Source of the DNA: Candidatus Zhuqueibacterota bacterium
GTDB taxonomy: Bacteria; Zhuqueibacterota; Zhuqueibacteria; Residuimicrobiales; Krinioviventaceae
DNA length: 64,000 bases
Direction of reading: 5' to 3'
NCBI GenBank assembly: GCA_016928775.1
Contig: JAFGKD010000069.1
Location: 70,658-134,657 of the forward strand
Part shown: positions 19,701 to 28,676 of the stretch, piece after piece
Numbering within the stretch: the first letter of the stretch is position 1
How the letters are laid out: every line of letters starts with the position of its first letter
Made by a program: the position numbers and the translations under genes
The notes under the pieces: model-generated
What the model was told of the DNA's origin: nothing
Database searches by the model: none
Seen by the model: only the letters and a program-made list of their open reading frames with translations

Positions 19701-22404
19701 CGGAAGCCAACGCGGCGGATTGTTTTCGAAAGAGCTGCTGCTCCATTTCATCCAGGCCACCGCTGATAAATAAAAAGTTTTTTTTCCAGCGCGCCGATTC
19801 TGTCCTTTCATAGTCGATAATTTTATCGACCGCAGACCTGGCTTCGGCAACTGTTTTGACAGGAATACGACCGATATTCACATCAGGAATAAAATCGTTT
19901 GGCCCATCATAACAAGCAAACAGCACATCACTCACCGGATTGCCCAACGACGGAACATAATTGGAGAACTGGCCTGACAGTCGGCCTATAAAATCCCAAC
20001 TGGCATCCCCAAAAAGCAGCACATAACTCGGAGGCGGATTCCAGCGCGTGCTATTCATCAAAAATTGTCGAATTGCTTCGGGGTCCGCAATACCATCATT
20101 CACACTATCGTAAATATCCTCAACGAGGATGACTGCGCTTGAAAAGTTATTGAGACTTTGCCGGTAGGCTGCCAAACGTTGCGCCTCGGTCGCAAACTTT
20201 GCATGGGTGATGATCAAATAGTCCGCACCGGTCAGGGAACTTAGCGGATCGCTCTGGCGCCATTTAAGTTTGAGCGGAGATTTCACACCGGTTGAATCAA
20301 AAATGATATACCTTCCACCCGCTATTGGAGGAGCAAATTGAATATTAACCGTTGAATCGCCACTCGCAAATGTCAATGTACTCGATACGCGAACACTGCC
20401 CTGAGTCGACGCTTTATGCGCTTCGGCAATCGGCTCAGCCGCACCCTTGCGGCCGATAAAAGCCCAGGAATCCCGGTATTTTAATTCATCGATTTTTTGG
20501 CTGCCAAATTTTTGCAGCGCCTCTTTCGCAGGTGCCGTCAGATTCGTTGCCGCATCATCACGAACACCGGCCAGGAGAATTGTTCCATCGACAAGACCAT
20601 TCAACAGCAGTGCCAGGCTATCGGAGAAAGCTCTGGAACCATAGGTATCAAAAGTTTTTTTCAAAAGAATGCTACCATCCGACGCATTAATGGCAACAAT
20701 GCCAATGCCGCGTGTTCCCGTGTAAATGGAGTTACTATTGACAAAAAACCGTGCATAATTGCCATCATTCAAGCCGGCGGATTCGACGACAAATTCTGCG
20801 GTCCAACTGGTGCCGCTGCTGTATGGGATAATATGCACATCATTTCGGATATCCCAAATGGAGATGTTTGACGACGAAAAGCCATTCACTGTCAAGCCGT
20901 CGGATCCCGATTTTAAAGAATCGACGCGTAGCCATCCGGAAGTGGCGGTCATATTTTTCTCATAACTCACCTCGAACCAGTCAAAGTAAAATCGAGAAGT
21001 GCGTGTTCCCTGGGCCACGGATTCGATCGCGAGTTTATTGTCATCTGCGCGTAAAATGGCGCCATCCACATCGATTGTTGGCACCAGCTCCTGTCGGTCG
21101 TCAAAAAAGGTATCCAGCAACAATTTATCATTCAACAAAACGCGCAAGTGATGGGCATCCGGCTGGCTGTCAAAAGTCTCCCCGCGCACCCGGAGTGTCA
21201 GATAGGCCTTGGGCTGGGTGAGCACATAACCAGGCACATCAAAGGTGGTGAGAAAGGTCTCGCCCGGATCGATAGCTTTATCCCAGACCCACCCTTCCCC
21301 GGGCACAGTTAGACTATTCTGGATATCGCTGTTTGAGTCACCTTGATAATATTCTCGATCCTGCTCAAAATGCGCTGTATGGTAAAAAGTGTGCATGAAT
21401 TCGGTCGGTTCCTGGCTGGGCATGGAAATCAATCGACGGCCGGCACCAACATCCCATTGCAGCCAATAAATATTCGTATCGGTGTAGGCGTGATAAAAAT
21501 CAGTTTCTCCAGCCAATCGCTCAGCGTAAAAAAGAATAAAATCGTTCTCGTTGAACTGACTATCATCACCACCAGCTATATGGCAGGCAATTTCATCCCC
21601 CTGGCAAAACAGCTTTAAATTTAGTGGATCGAGTTGGGCGAGATTCAATCCCAGCGCTTTGAGCTGATTGCCGGTTATTTTAGTGACGCCCTCATCTACA
21701 ATATAAATTTTGACCCGATCCCGTAAATCCGCGGAACCGCTCGCCTTTTGCACAGAAGAGACCGGTCGAGCGCTTCCTAATTGCCCGGCAGTCAGGGCAT
21801 CCAGTTTTTCGTCCAGGAAAGAACGGCCTGGCCGTAGCTCGGAGACTCCCTCCGCTACAACCTCAAATTTGAGATAACGCAGAACCAGCACTTCTCCGGT
21901 CACGGTATTGGCTTTGACGGGATTCACCTGCACACGCGCAAAATTGCGCTGGCGCAGAACAGTCTGGTCGTAAGATGTAAACGATTGCGGGAAAAAACGA
22001 TTTGTTTGATAAACATTGGCATCTTCGATATAATCGCGAGTCGTTTCCTCATTGTTGATATTCAGCGTAGGCGTCGGACAAAGGCGACCGACGGTCTTCC
22101 GCTCAAACACAGAGTCCAGCAGCATAACGCGCACGGTTTGCCCTCTATTTTCAAAGGAAATGGCATCGATCGGCAATTGCGGGTGACCTGGATTTTGTTG
22201 CAGGGGCAAACCGCCCATTTCGGGAAGGGTATAGGAACGGGAATTGATCTGCAGGTTTGTCCACTGCACATCCGGAGCGATCCACTCCACTACAGCCCGA
22301 TTCGTCGACTTTTCGAGGATGGTGAAATAGTGATCAGCAGAGAGTGCGGAGGTCACCTGAAAAACAAAGCAGCAGAAGCAGAGGAGTCTAAAACTCGTTT
22401 TCAT
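16705..22404 (-). CDS. Giant secreted gingipain-like cysteine peptidase (family C25) with two ILEI/FAM3-like domains, CARDB-like Ig domains and a T9SS C-terminal sorting domain
   Basis: Signal peptide. The C25 core spans about nt 19180-20235 (ADYLIITHAKF, YVLLFGDAS, IGRIPV, NFIGHAASRTWE, SSMTCHTGRF, which supply the candidate catalytic His and Cys). ILEI-like segments lie at about 20440-20750 and 18040-18365. The CTD is NYPNPFATGTEFCF...NKVIVMR. Confidence 0.85.
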   Translation of the reverse strand: MKTSFRLLCFCCFVFQVTSALSADHYFTILEKSTNRAVVEWIAPDVQWTNLQINSRSYTLPEMGGLPLQQNPGHPQLPIDAISFENRGQTVRVMLLDSVFERKTVGRLCPTPTLNINNEETTRDYIEDANVYQTNRFFPQSFTSYDQTVLRQRNFARVQVNPVKANTVTGEVLVLRYLKFEVVAEGVSELRPGRSFLDEKLDALTAGQLGSARPVSSVQKASGSADLRDRVKIYIVDEGVTKITGNQLKALGLNLAQLDPLNLKLFCQGDEIACHIAGGDDSQFNENDFILFYAERLAGETDFYHAYTDTNIYWLQWDVGAGRRLISMPSQEPTEFMHTFYHTAHFEQDREYYQGDSNSDIQNSLTVPGEGWVWDKAIDPGETFLTTFDVPGYVLTQPKAYLTLRVRGETFDSQPDAHHLRVLLNDKLLLDTFFDDRQELVPTIDVDGAILRADDNKLAIESVAQGTRTSRFYFDWFEVSYEKNMTATSGWLRVDSLKSGSDGLTVNGFSSSNISIWDIRNDVHIIPYSSGTSWTAEFVVESAGLNDGNYARFFVNSNSIYTGTRGIGIVAINASDGSILLKKTFDTYGSRAFSDSLALLLNGLVDGTILLAGVRDDAATNLTAPAKEALQKFGSQKIDELKYRDSWAFIGRKGAAEPIAEAHKASTQGSVRVSSTLTFASGDSTVNIQFAPPIAGGRYIIFDSTGVKSPLKLKWRQSDPLSSLTGADYLIITHAKFATEAQRLAAYRQSLNNFSSAVILVEDIYDSVNDGIADPEAIRQFLMNSTRWNPPPSYVLLFGDASWDFIGRLSGQFSNYVPSLGNPVSDVLFACYDGPNDFIPDVNIGRIPVKTVAEARSAVDKIIDYERTESARWKKNFLFISGGLDEMEQQLFRKQSAALASEFVASAPTFGSPLFINKDDAEAQADARSLILDAINAGTLWTNFIGHAASRTWELMFNNPDIDDLSNTSRYPVISSMTCHTGRFAEPNQESFGEKFLLVPNKGAISFWGTSGWGYSYEDYLYLRRLYTTVLLDSVRYLGDIITLTKFAMWQYYGDGAHIRNLILQYNLMGDPAITLSLPTQPDLTLEPNDIRVSPLVPSEADSLAQIKVNVQNWGLATRDSVVGRLDIEQLVTKQILTEPFVLPPVGRSDSLSFDWPLKNMAGPVELRVTLDPQDQIKETDETNNVQMNQVTVLTSTFAQVAPPNNALIPVDQTVLKIQTPQQFFDETARYIFEIDTVKTFTSPALRVSPPVQVHPLLIKWQPDALIPGAKYYWRVHLQGHDADDSFLGAFYTSPSINFGWRQADSVAAAYNMRQNTIWTSSGTRLEENPVSILLQSAWTNSQGYAVIEVNNRTVMQTHRGFNIAVLNPNNGDVLDSGYFDTYANAEQTREMVEFIGKIPQGRLVLAAVRDEGSAQLTEEAFQALETLGSSMIRNLGYRDMWAIIGKKGAAKGSVPEGWEPAKANGAVVLKDTLSGFFERGRLLSERIGPATHWSSVSWDVTIPDSCDFTLNILGYQKFIGDTVRLFSGIKQTPVDLSSIDASEFPFIHLDAHFQTARARHSPLLQSWGALFSPAPDITIGRQLVTQNADTVLVGQVVTFYLDVFNIGLGTAQDVTLSFDQVNQAGGVNHLATVEIDSIAVDRYVPIQYTWQVGAIPGEKQIAITADPGNLFAELSESNNAIITSVYVHADTLQPEIKITFDDREIFDGDLVDPEPLIVATLRDNNPELSLDSTRIKIYLDGSALLLTNQDVISLHQPQDTTVLGELHIQPVLDDGDHLLEIQFSDASMNSVIKRVSFVVESDLELRHVLNYPNPFATGTEFCFDLTRQALVRIKVFTVAGRLIKTIEPGLVDVGYNRIYWDGLDQDGDLLANGVYLYYIIAETADDTKTATNKVIVMR

Positions 22405-22487
22405 AAACTCAAATCCTAAAATCCCGATTTGGACCTGTTCATAGAGAACATTGACTTAAAATAACACCCTCCTGCTTTAGTTCCAAG

Positions 22488-23462
22488 CTAATTTAAAATT
22501 TTCAAGTCCATTTGAATGCCGTGCGCGACAAGATAGGCCATGACACCAAGGATAAATGTCAGTCCAACGAGCGCCAGGGCCGCTCCCGATTGTGACAAGC
22601 CCAGCGCGACCAGGCGATGATGGACGTGTTCACGATCGGCATGAAAGGGGTGAATACCTTTGCGCCAGCGACGAAAGATCGCCAGCAATGTATCGGTGAG
22701 AGGCAAGCCCAGCAAAAGCAAGGGAATGAGAAGTGCGGCCTTGTTCACATCAAAAATGGCTGCGTTCAACGTGAGGCAGGCCAATAAAAAACCGAGAGAA
22801 AGACTTCCCGAGTCACCCATAAAAATTGACGCGGGAGAAATATTATAGCGCAAAAAGCCGAGGACCGCGCCGGCCAAAATAATACATATAATCGGAACAA
22901 GTGTGTTGCCAAACAGTGCCGAGATGGCCATCGCAGAGAGCAAAATAGCCGTGGCGACGCCACCGGCCAGACCATCCAGGCCATCGATCATATTAAAAGA
23001 GTTTGCAACGCCAACGATCCACAACACAGAAATCGGGTAGGACAAAAAGCCAAGTGTTAATTCTTGCTGGGCTGGCAGGAGCAGCGCTTCAATGCGCCAT
23101 CCCGTGGCCACAGCCACGGATGCAGCCAAAATTTCGATAGCGAGTTTGAAATTACAATTCAGGTCAGCCTTGTCATCGATCGCGCCGAGGAAGAACAGTA
23201 CGGTGGCCCCGGCAGCAAGACTTGCCAACATCTTGACATTTGTCAAAATCATTTCAGGTTTGGTGACGGCCAGGACCACTAATCCAATGAGAAAGGCTAA
23301 AAATATTGCACCACCGCCTAATTTGGGGATTTCCCCGCGATGAACCGTTCGATGATTCTGCCGTGCGACAACGTGATGTTGCAGGGCAAATCGCTTGAAA
23401 AGCGGCGTAGCCAGAATAGCGATCAAAAAAGGAATGAGGAAATATAAGATATAGTGCATCAT
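22488..23462 (-). CDS. Polyprenyl-phosphate:HexNAc-1-phosphate transferase (MraY/WecA family, GT4 of the PNPT superfamily)
   Basis: NSFNMIDGLDGLAGG, FMGDSGSLSLGF, and about 10 TM helices. Confidence 0.88.
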   Translation of the reverse strand: MMHYILYFLIPFLIAILATPLFKRFALQHHVVARQNHRTVHRGEIPKLGGGAIFLAFLIGLVVLAVTKPEMILTNVKMLASLAAGATVLFFLGAIDDKADLNCNFKLAIEILAASVAVATGWRIEALLLPAQQELTLGFLSYPISVLWIVGVANSFNMIDGLDGLAGGVATAILLSAMAISALFGNTLVPIICIILAGAVLGFLRYNISPASIFMGDSGSLSLGFLLACLTLNAAIFDVNKAALLIPLLLLGLPLTDTLLAIFRRWRKGIHPFHADREHVHHRLVALGLSQSGAALALVGLTFILGVMAYLVAHGIQMDLKILN

Positions 23463-23850
23463 GATGCCTTGTTCGCGTTGTAGCGTTGAGACGCTAATCC
23501 TCCTGCAAATTGCTGCTTTATTATTTCATTTTTTCTTTTCTTACAAAAATTATACCAACCAACGTCACGCTTGCCCTTGCGGCGGCGATTTTCGAATACT
23601 GTACGACATGGTTATAAAAGTCTCACGAAGGAACAGTTCCATATCAGCGACGTGTTGCTCAAAGTATTGGAAAACAATCAGATGCCGTCGGATAATCCCC
23701 GTGATGCCGTTTTCACATGTAAAAGATAAGAATTTTTTGGGAAAAACGATACAAATATTCACGATTTATTGTTCAACTGGCCACCGCAATCATTGATCAC
23801 AGATATTGATTTTTTCCGAATTCTAATTTAAATTCGTTGACGACTTTTTT

Positions 23851-23866
23851 TGGCATATTTCTTGAT
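23851..23866 (+). promoter_or_regulatory. Weak sigma-54-like -24/-12 element upstream of the plus-strand flippase
   Basis: TGGCATATTTCTTGAT compared with the consensus TGGCAC-N5-TTGCW. The -24 half is good, but the -12 GC is replaced by GA. It lies 41 nt before the TTG start at 23907. Confidence 0.25.
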
Positions 23867-23906
23867 GATTTTTACATCAAATGCTTTTAATTAACCTGGA
23901 ACCCAT

Positions 23907-25199
23907 TTGACTTACGCCGCCAAAGCCCTTTTGAAAAAATTCCACCCGTTGTTATCCAGTCAATTTGTTAAAAATGTCGGGATTTTAACAAGCGGTACGG
24001 TGCTTTCACAGGCCATTGGTCTTGCTATTTCTCCCATTTTGACACGCCTGTACGCTCCGGCGGATTTTGGGCTTTTAAGCATTTTCAACTCGCTCATCCT
24101 GATTTTGACCATTGTCTCTGCTTTCCGATTTGAACTTGCCATACCGATGGCCGATTCCGAGAAAAGTGCAATGAATTTGTTTTTTTTATCAATAGTATGT
24201 GTTTTCGCCTCGGTATCGTCGTTATGGCTGCTTCTTTTGCTGATCCCAAATCTTTTAAGCCACATCGGGCTTGGTGCGCTCACACATTATTCGACATTTA
24301 TTATGATCGGGCTCCTTTTCTCCGGACTCTATAATACCATTTCGCACTGGAATATCCGAAAACAATCGTTTGGTATTTTATCGAAAAGCAGAATCGTTCA
24401 AACTGCGAGCGGCAGTTCTTTTCAAGTGTTGTTTGGCATGCTCGAATACACTTCGGTCGGCTTGTTGATTGGTGCAATGATCAAACATATTACCGGTGTG
24501 CTCATCTTGTTCGGACAGTTCAGCAAAGGCAAAAGGAGAGCATTTCATTCGATCACTCTGTCAGCTCTGCGTGAAACCATTGTACAATACAAAAAATTTC
24601 CCCTTTTGTCGAGCTGGGCCTCACTGATCAATAATCTGGGAAATTACTTGCCACCTTTCATCATTTTGAGGTTTTTTGGCTCGGAAGCAACCGGCTTTTA
24701 TTCCCTCGCGCTTATGGTCATCGGTGCACCTGTCACGATTCTGGGTCAAGCGGTTTCACAGGTATACTTGAGCACGGCAAGTCAAATATATAGCGAACAG
24801 CTTTCCAACGCCACATCCTTTTATCGCAAAGTCGCAAAAAATCTCTTTTTTCTCAGCACACTCATCTTTGTTCTCTTGTTTTTGACGGCGAGGTCTTTGT
24901 TTCCACTCTTGTTTGGACCTGCCTGGCGCGCTTCCGGCATTATTGTACAAACGCTGAGCATTTTGTACTTTTTTCAGTTCATTGTTGTACCATTGTCAGC
25001 AAACCTCACTTTATTAAAAAGGCAGGAAGTCCAACTTGGCTGGGATATCTTGAGGTTGCTCACTGTGATAGCGGCGTTAGTCATTCCGGCTCTGCTTGGA
25101 ATCTCCTTTTTCTCGACCATAAAAATCTACGCCATATGTTTGTCGATAATATACATTTTGCTTTTCTTTATAAATTTATATTATTTGCCAAAGCATTAA
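23907..25199 (+). CDS. Polysaccharide flippase (MOP/Wzx family)
   Basis: About 12 TM helices and an N-terminus (FVKNVGILTSGTVLSQAIGLAISPILTRLYAPADFGLLSIF) typical of Wzx-like proteins. TTG start. Confidence 0.75.
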   Translation: MTYAAKALLKKFHPLLSSQFVKNVGILTSGTVLSQAIGLAISPILTRLYAPADFGLLSIFNSLILILTIVSAFRFELAIPMADSEKSAMNLFFLSIVCVFASVSSLWLLLLLIPNLLSHIGLGALTHYSTFIMIGLLFSGLYNTISHWNIRKQSFGILSKSRIVQTASGSSFQVLFGMLEYTSVGLLIGAMIKHITGVLILFGQFSKGKRRAFHSITLSALRETIVQYKKFPLLSSWASLINNLGNYLPPFIILRFFGSEATGFYSLALMVIGAPVTILGQAVSQVYLSTASQIYSEQLSNATSFYRKVAKNLFFLSTLIFVLLFLTARSLFPLLFGPAWRASGIIVQTLSILYFFQFIVVPLSANLTLLKRQEVQLGWDILRLLTVIAALVIPALLGISFFSTIKIYAICLSIIYILLFFINLYYLPKH

Positions 25200-25217
25200 C
25201 TGCGAATACACCAAGCA

Positions 25218-26315
25218 ATGAAACAATTACAACGTATCGCCTACATAATATACTGGAATGATGCTGCGGAGAGCGGCGTCATGAAAAAGGTAAAGAGCAC
25301 CTGCCTTGCGTGGAGAACGTTGGGTGTTGAGGTTGACATCTTTTTACTTACAAAGAATCGAACTTTGGCAAAGGATTTGTCAAGCCAAAATGATTACTCT
25401 GTGAACATCCATATTTTTTTATTTCGATCATTTATTGGCAAAATATTTCGCTTTCGTTCGCTGGTCAATCATGTTCTCAAGCTCAATGCCACTGCAATCT
25501 ATTTTAGATATCAACCTTTTCTTCCCGGATTTTTCAAGTTGTCTCGCAAATCCAAAGTTTTTATAGAAATCAATGGCGATGATTTAATTGAAATCCGACA
25601 GCGCTCAAAACTAAAATATGTTATCGTCAAACTGACGCGGAATTTGATGTTCAGCAATGCTGCAGGATTGATTTTTGTCACGCATGCGTTGAGCAATCAC
25701 CCCCACTTTCGGCAGAGCACAGCACCACGTCTCGTTTTGGCAAATGGCATATCCTTAAGCGACTATGCTGACATGCAACCATCCGCTAAAGGCCTGAATG
25801 CAAAGCCAATGCTGGTGTTCATCGGCTCTGAGGGCCAGAACTGGCATGGTGTGGACAAAATTTTGGTTATGGCTGAAATTTTTAAAGACTGGCAATTCAC
25901 TGTTATCGGCCTGGAGAAATCATATTTTCATTCGCCTCCTGCCAACATTAATTTTACCGGATTCTTGCAAAAAGAATCGTATTCCTCTATCATGCAACGC
26001 GCCGACATCGGGATCGGCTCACTCGCACTGTATCGTAAACAAATGTATGAGGCGTGCCCCCTCAAAGTGCGCGAATACCTCGCCTATGGCCTTCCCGTCA
26101 TTATTGGTTATCGTGATACAGACTTTATGGATGGCGCCTCGTTCATTCTCGAGTTGGAAAATAGAAAAGAGAACATCAAAAATAATGTTGATTTGATCAC
26201 ACAATTTGTCGGGCAATGGAAGGGCAAAAAGGTGCCGAGAAATCGGATCAACAAGTTAGATATTCTTGAAAAAGAGAAACAAAGACTGGCATTTTTGGCG
26301 CAACATCTCGCTTGA
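25218..26315 (+). CDS. Glycosyltransferase (GT-B fold, GT1/GT4-like)
   Basis: The C-terminal half has the GT-B donor-binding pattern ACPLKVREYLAYGLPVIIG (E-x7-E region). Confidence 0.65.
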   Translation: MKQLQRIAYIIYWNDAAESGVMKKVKSTCLAWRTLGVEVDIFLLTKNRTLAKDLSSQNDYSVNIHIFLFRSFIGKIFRFRSLVNHVLKLNATAIYFRYQPFLPGFFKLSRKSKVFIEINGDDLIEIRQRSKLKYVIVKLTRNLMFSNAAGLIFVTHALSNHPHFRQSTAPRLVLANGISLSDYADMQPSAKGLNAKPMLVFIGSEGQNWHGVDKILVMAEIFKDWQFTVIGLEKSYFHSPPANINFTGFLQKESYSSIMQRADIGIGSLALYRKQMYEACPLKVREYLAYGLPVIIGYRDTDFMDGASFILELENRKENIKNNVDLITQFVGQWKGKKVPRNRINKLDILEKEKQRLAFLAQHLA

Positions 26316-26372
26316 AAACAACAAAGCACCTGTATGAACAAACATTGCTCATCTTGTTCAATACCACGGCAT

Positions 26373-27482
26373 TTACGCGCACACCTCCTGGTATAATCGC
26401 TCATATTTTTCGATCATACGATTCAGAGAAAACTTTTCCAGACAAGATTCAAAGGCCAAATCCGACAGTTGTGTTCGCAGCTCGGTATTCGTCATTAATT
26501 CCTGAATGCTTTCGGCGATCGCTGACGGTGCGTTGGCCTTGATCAATAGACCATTTACCCGATGCTGAACGATCTCCGGCATGCCGCCGACGCGGGTTGC
26601 GATAACGGGCAATCCCGCTGACATGGCTTCCAGAAGAGAGATGGGAATCCCCTCGCTCTTTGAAGCTAACAAAAATATATCCGCCGAATTTAAATAGGGA
26701 TCAATATTGTCTTGAAATCCAGCGAAATTCACATATTTTGCCACACCAAGCTCTTCAGCTTGTTTTTGCACCCGGCCGTTGGACTGGTCGGCACCAACGA
26801 AGCAAAATTTTATCCGCTCTTTTGTACTGTCCGGCATCAAGTCAATTGCCTGCAAAATGGTCGAATGTCCTTTTACCGGGCGAAGATTGGCCACTGTCAG
26901 AATAGTGAAAGTCTGTTTTGATTTGTTGCTTTTATTCAACGCTTGTGGCGCTGAAGTATTCCCCGCTTTCGTTGCTTTGACACCGGTATAAATGACAGAT
27001 ATGTGCTGCGGCTTTATTCCCAGTCTCTCAATGGCCAACATTTTCCCCATTTCAGAAACAGTTATCCAATGCGCGATGAGCGGACGTAACAGTTTGGAAA
27101 AGAATAGCTTGAACTTATTATCAAAGCTGTAAATATCATGAATTGTCGAAATCACACAACGAACATGCAACACTTTTGCCAGCAGCGTTGCGGCAAGTTC
27201 TGCTCGTGCACCGTGAGTTTGGACAATGCCAATATCATGCTGTGAAATAATTTTGCGCACTCTCCATGGAAACGTGCACAGCCTTTTTAAATTTAAATTA
27301 TAAAAAGGTAATCCCAGGGACTCGACTTTTTGTGCCAGCGGTCCATCACCAGCCAGGCTTGCAATAACAACGTTGAACTGCTTCTTGTTCACATGCTCTG
27401 CGAGAGAGAGAAGAAGTTTTTCAGCTCCACCTATCTCACTCAGGTTTATGACATGCAAAATATTTGTTCTATCATCAACCAT
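26373..27482 (-). CDS. Glycosyltransferase family 4
   Basis: N-terminal NLSEIGGAEK and C-terminal SKSEGIPISLLEAMSAGLPVIATRVGGMPEIV (EX7E motif). Confidence 0.85.
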   Translation of the reverse strand: MVDDRTNILHVINLSEIGGAEKLLLSLAEHVNKKQFNVVIASLAGDGPLAQKVESLGLPFYNLNLKRLCTFPWRVRKIISQHDIGIVQTHGARAELAATLLAKVLHVRCVISTIHDIYSFDNKFKLFFSKLLRPLIAHWITVSEMGKMLAIERLGIKPQHISVIYTGVKATKAGNTSAPQALNKSNKSKQTFTILTVANLRPVKGHSTILQAIDLMPDSTKERIKFCFVGADQSNGRVQKQAEELGVAKYVNFAGFQDNIDPYLNSADIFLLASKSEGIPISLLEAMSAGLPVIATRVGGMPEIVQHRVNGLLIKANAPSAIAESIQELMTNTELRTQLSDLAFESCLEKFSLNRMIEKYERLYQEVCA

Positions 27483-27515
27483 TTCACCATTTCTCGCAAG
27501 TGGAAGAATGTGTCA

Positions 27516-28676
27516 TCATTTATTTATGCCAAAGCTCAGGTACAAGCGCTCCAATTGAGCGATGAGCTTTTCATGAGAAAATTCGCTCTGCACAAAGGCA
27601 CGCGCCGTCTGACACATGAAGTTTGTCCCCTTTTGATCTTTCAGGACACATTCAATCTGCGAGGCCATAAAGACGACATCATTGGAAGGGCAGCCGATAC
27701 CATTTACCCCGTTTTGCAGTAAATCAGGTACACCACCAACAGCAGTTGCGACGACGGGCGTGCGGCTGGCCATCGCCTCGATGATCGAAATAGGTGTCCC
27801 TTCATTCAACGATGTCAGAACAAGAACATCGATGCCTTTATAAATTCGCTCAATATCCTGAATCCAGCCCAAGAAATGCACATACGAAAAGACATTGAGC
27901 TCTCGTGCCAGGGCTTCAAGAGACGCCCGCTCGGCGCCGTCGCCTGCGATACACAGGTGACACCTTTGGCCGTTCTCTCGCAAAGTAGCCAGGACTCTGA
28001 TTGCCATTTGGAAATTTTTAATGGGAGCCAATCGGCCAATTGCACCGATCAGGACGTCCACTGAAGCAATGCCCAGAGACTTTTTCAATTCATCAGATTT
28101 TACGCAGTCCAGGAATGGCTTTAGCTCATGTCCAACGTGAATAATCTCGATTTTCTTTTTTGGCGCAATCTTGTAGACCTCTGCCAAATCTCGTTTTTGC
28201 AGGGCGCTGATGGCAACAATCTTGTTGCTGAATCGGGCGAGCGTCTTTTCAATCAAAACATACAAAGCGCTTTGCATTTTGGGAAAGTAGTGATCAAAGG
28301 CGTGTCCGTGAAAGGTGTGAATAATGACCGGTGTCCGGGCCAATACAGCCGCAATACGACCCAAGGCGCCAGCTTTTGACGTATGGGTGTGCACAATATG
28401 GGGCTTTCGTTGCCGTAAAAATCGATATATTTTATAAAGGGCGAGCAACTCATTGGCTGGATTGTGACTGCGCTGCATTTCACTTATTATTTCAATCCGG
28501 TCACCACTGCGCTCCAGATCTTTATGCCGAGGCGCCTCCCCGACATCAACTGCACCACCGAGGAATAGCGGCGTAAATCTTTGCCTGTTGAGATATTTGA
28601 CGACCAGCTCTGTCTGAATCGACGGTCCACCAATACAAATGCGAGATTGAATATTTAGAACTCTAATTTTTTTCAT
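27516..28676 (-). CDS. Glycosyltransferase family 4
   Basis: SLNEGTPISIIEAMASRTPVVATAVGGVPDLL. I prefer the ATG at 28676-28674 (MKKIRVLNI), which makes an ATGA overlap with the upstream stop. The track starts at TTG 28691. Confidence 0.85.
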   Translation of the reverse strand: MKKIRVLNIQSRICIGGPSIQTELVVKYLNRQRFTPLFLGGAVDVGEAPRHKDLERSGDRIEIISEMQRSHNPANELLALYKIYRFLRQRKPHIVHTHTSKAGALGRIAAVLARTPVIIHTFHGHAFDHYFPKMQSALYVLIEKTLARFSNKIVAISALQKRDLAEVYKIAPKKKIEIIHVGHELKPFLDCVKSDELKKSLGIASVDVLIGAIGRLAPIKNFQMAIRVLATLRENGQRCHLCIAGDGAERASLEALARELNVFSYVHFLGWIQDIERIYKGIDVLVLTSLNEGTPISIIEAMASRTPVVATAVGGVPDLLQNGVNGIGCPSNDVVFMASQIECVLKDQKGTNFMCQTARAFVQSEFSHEKLIAQLERLYLSFGINK

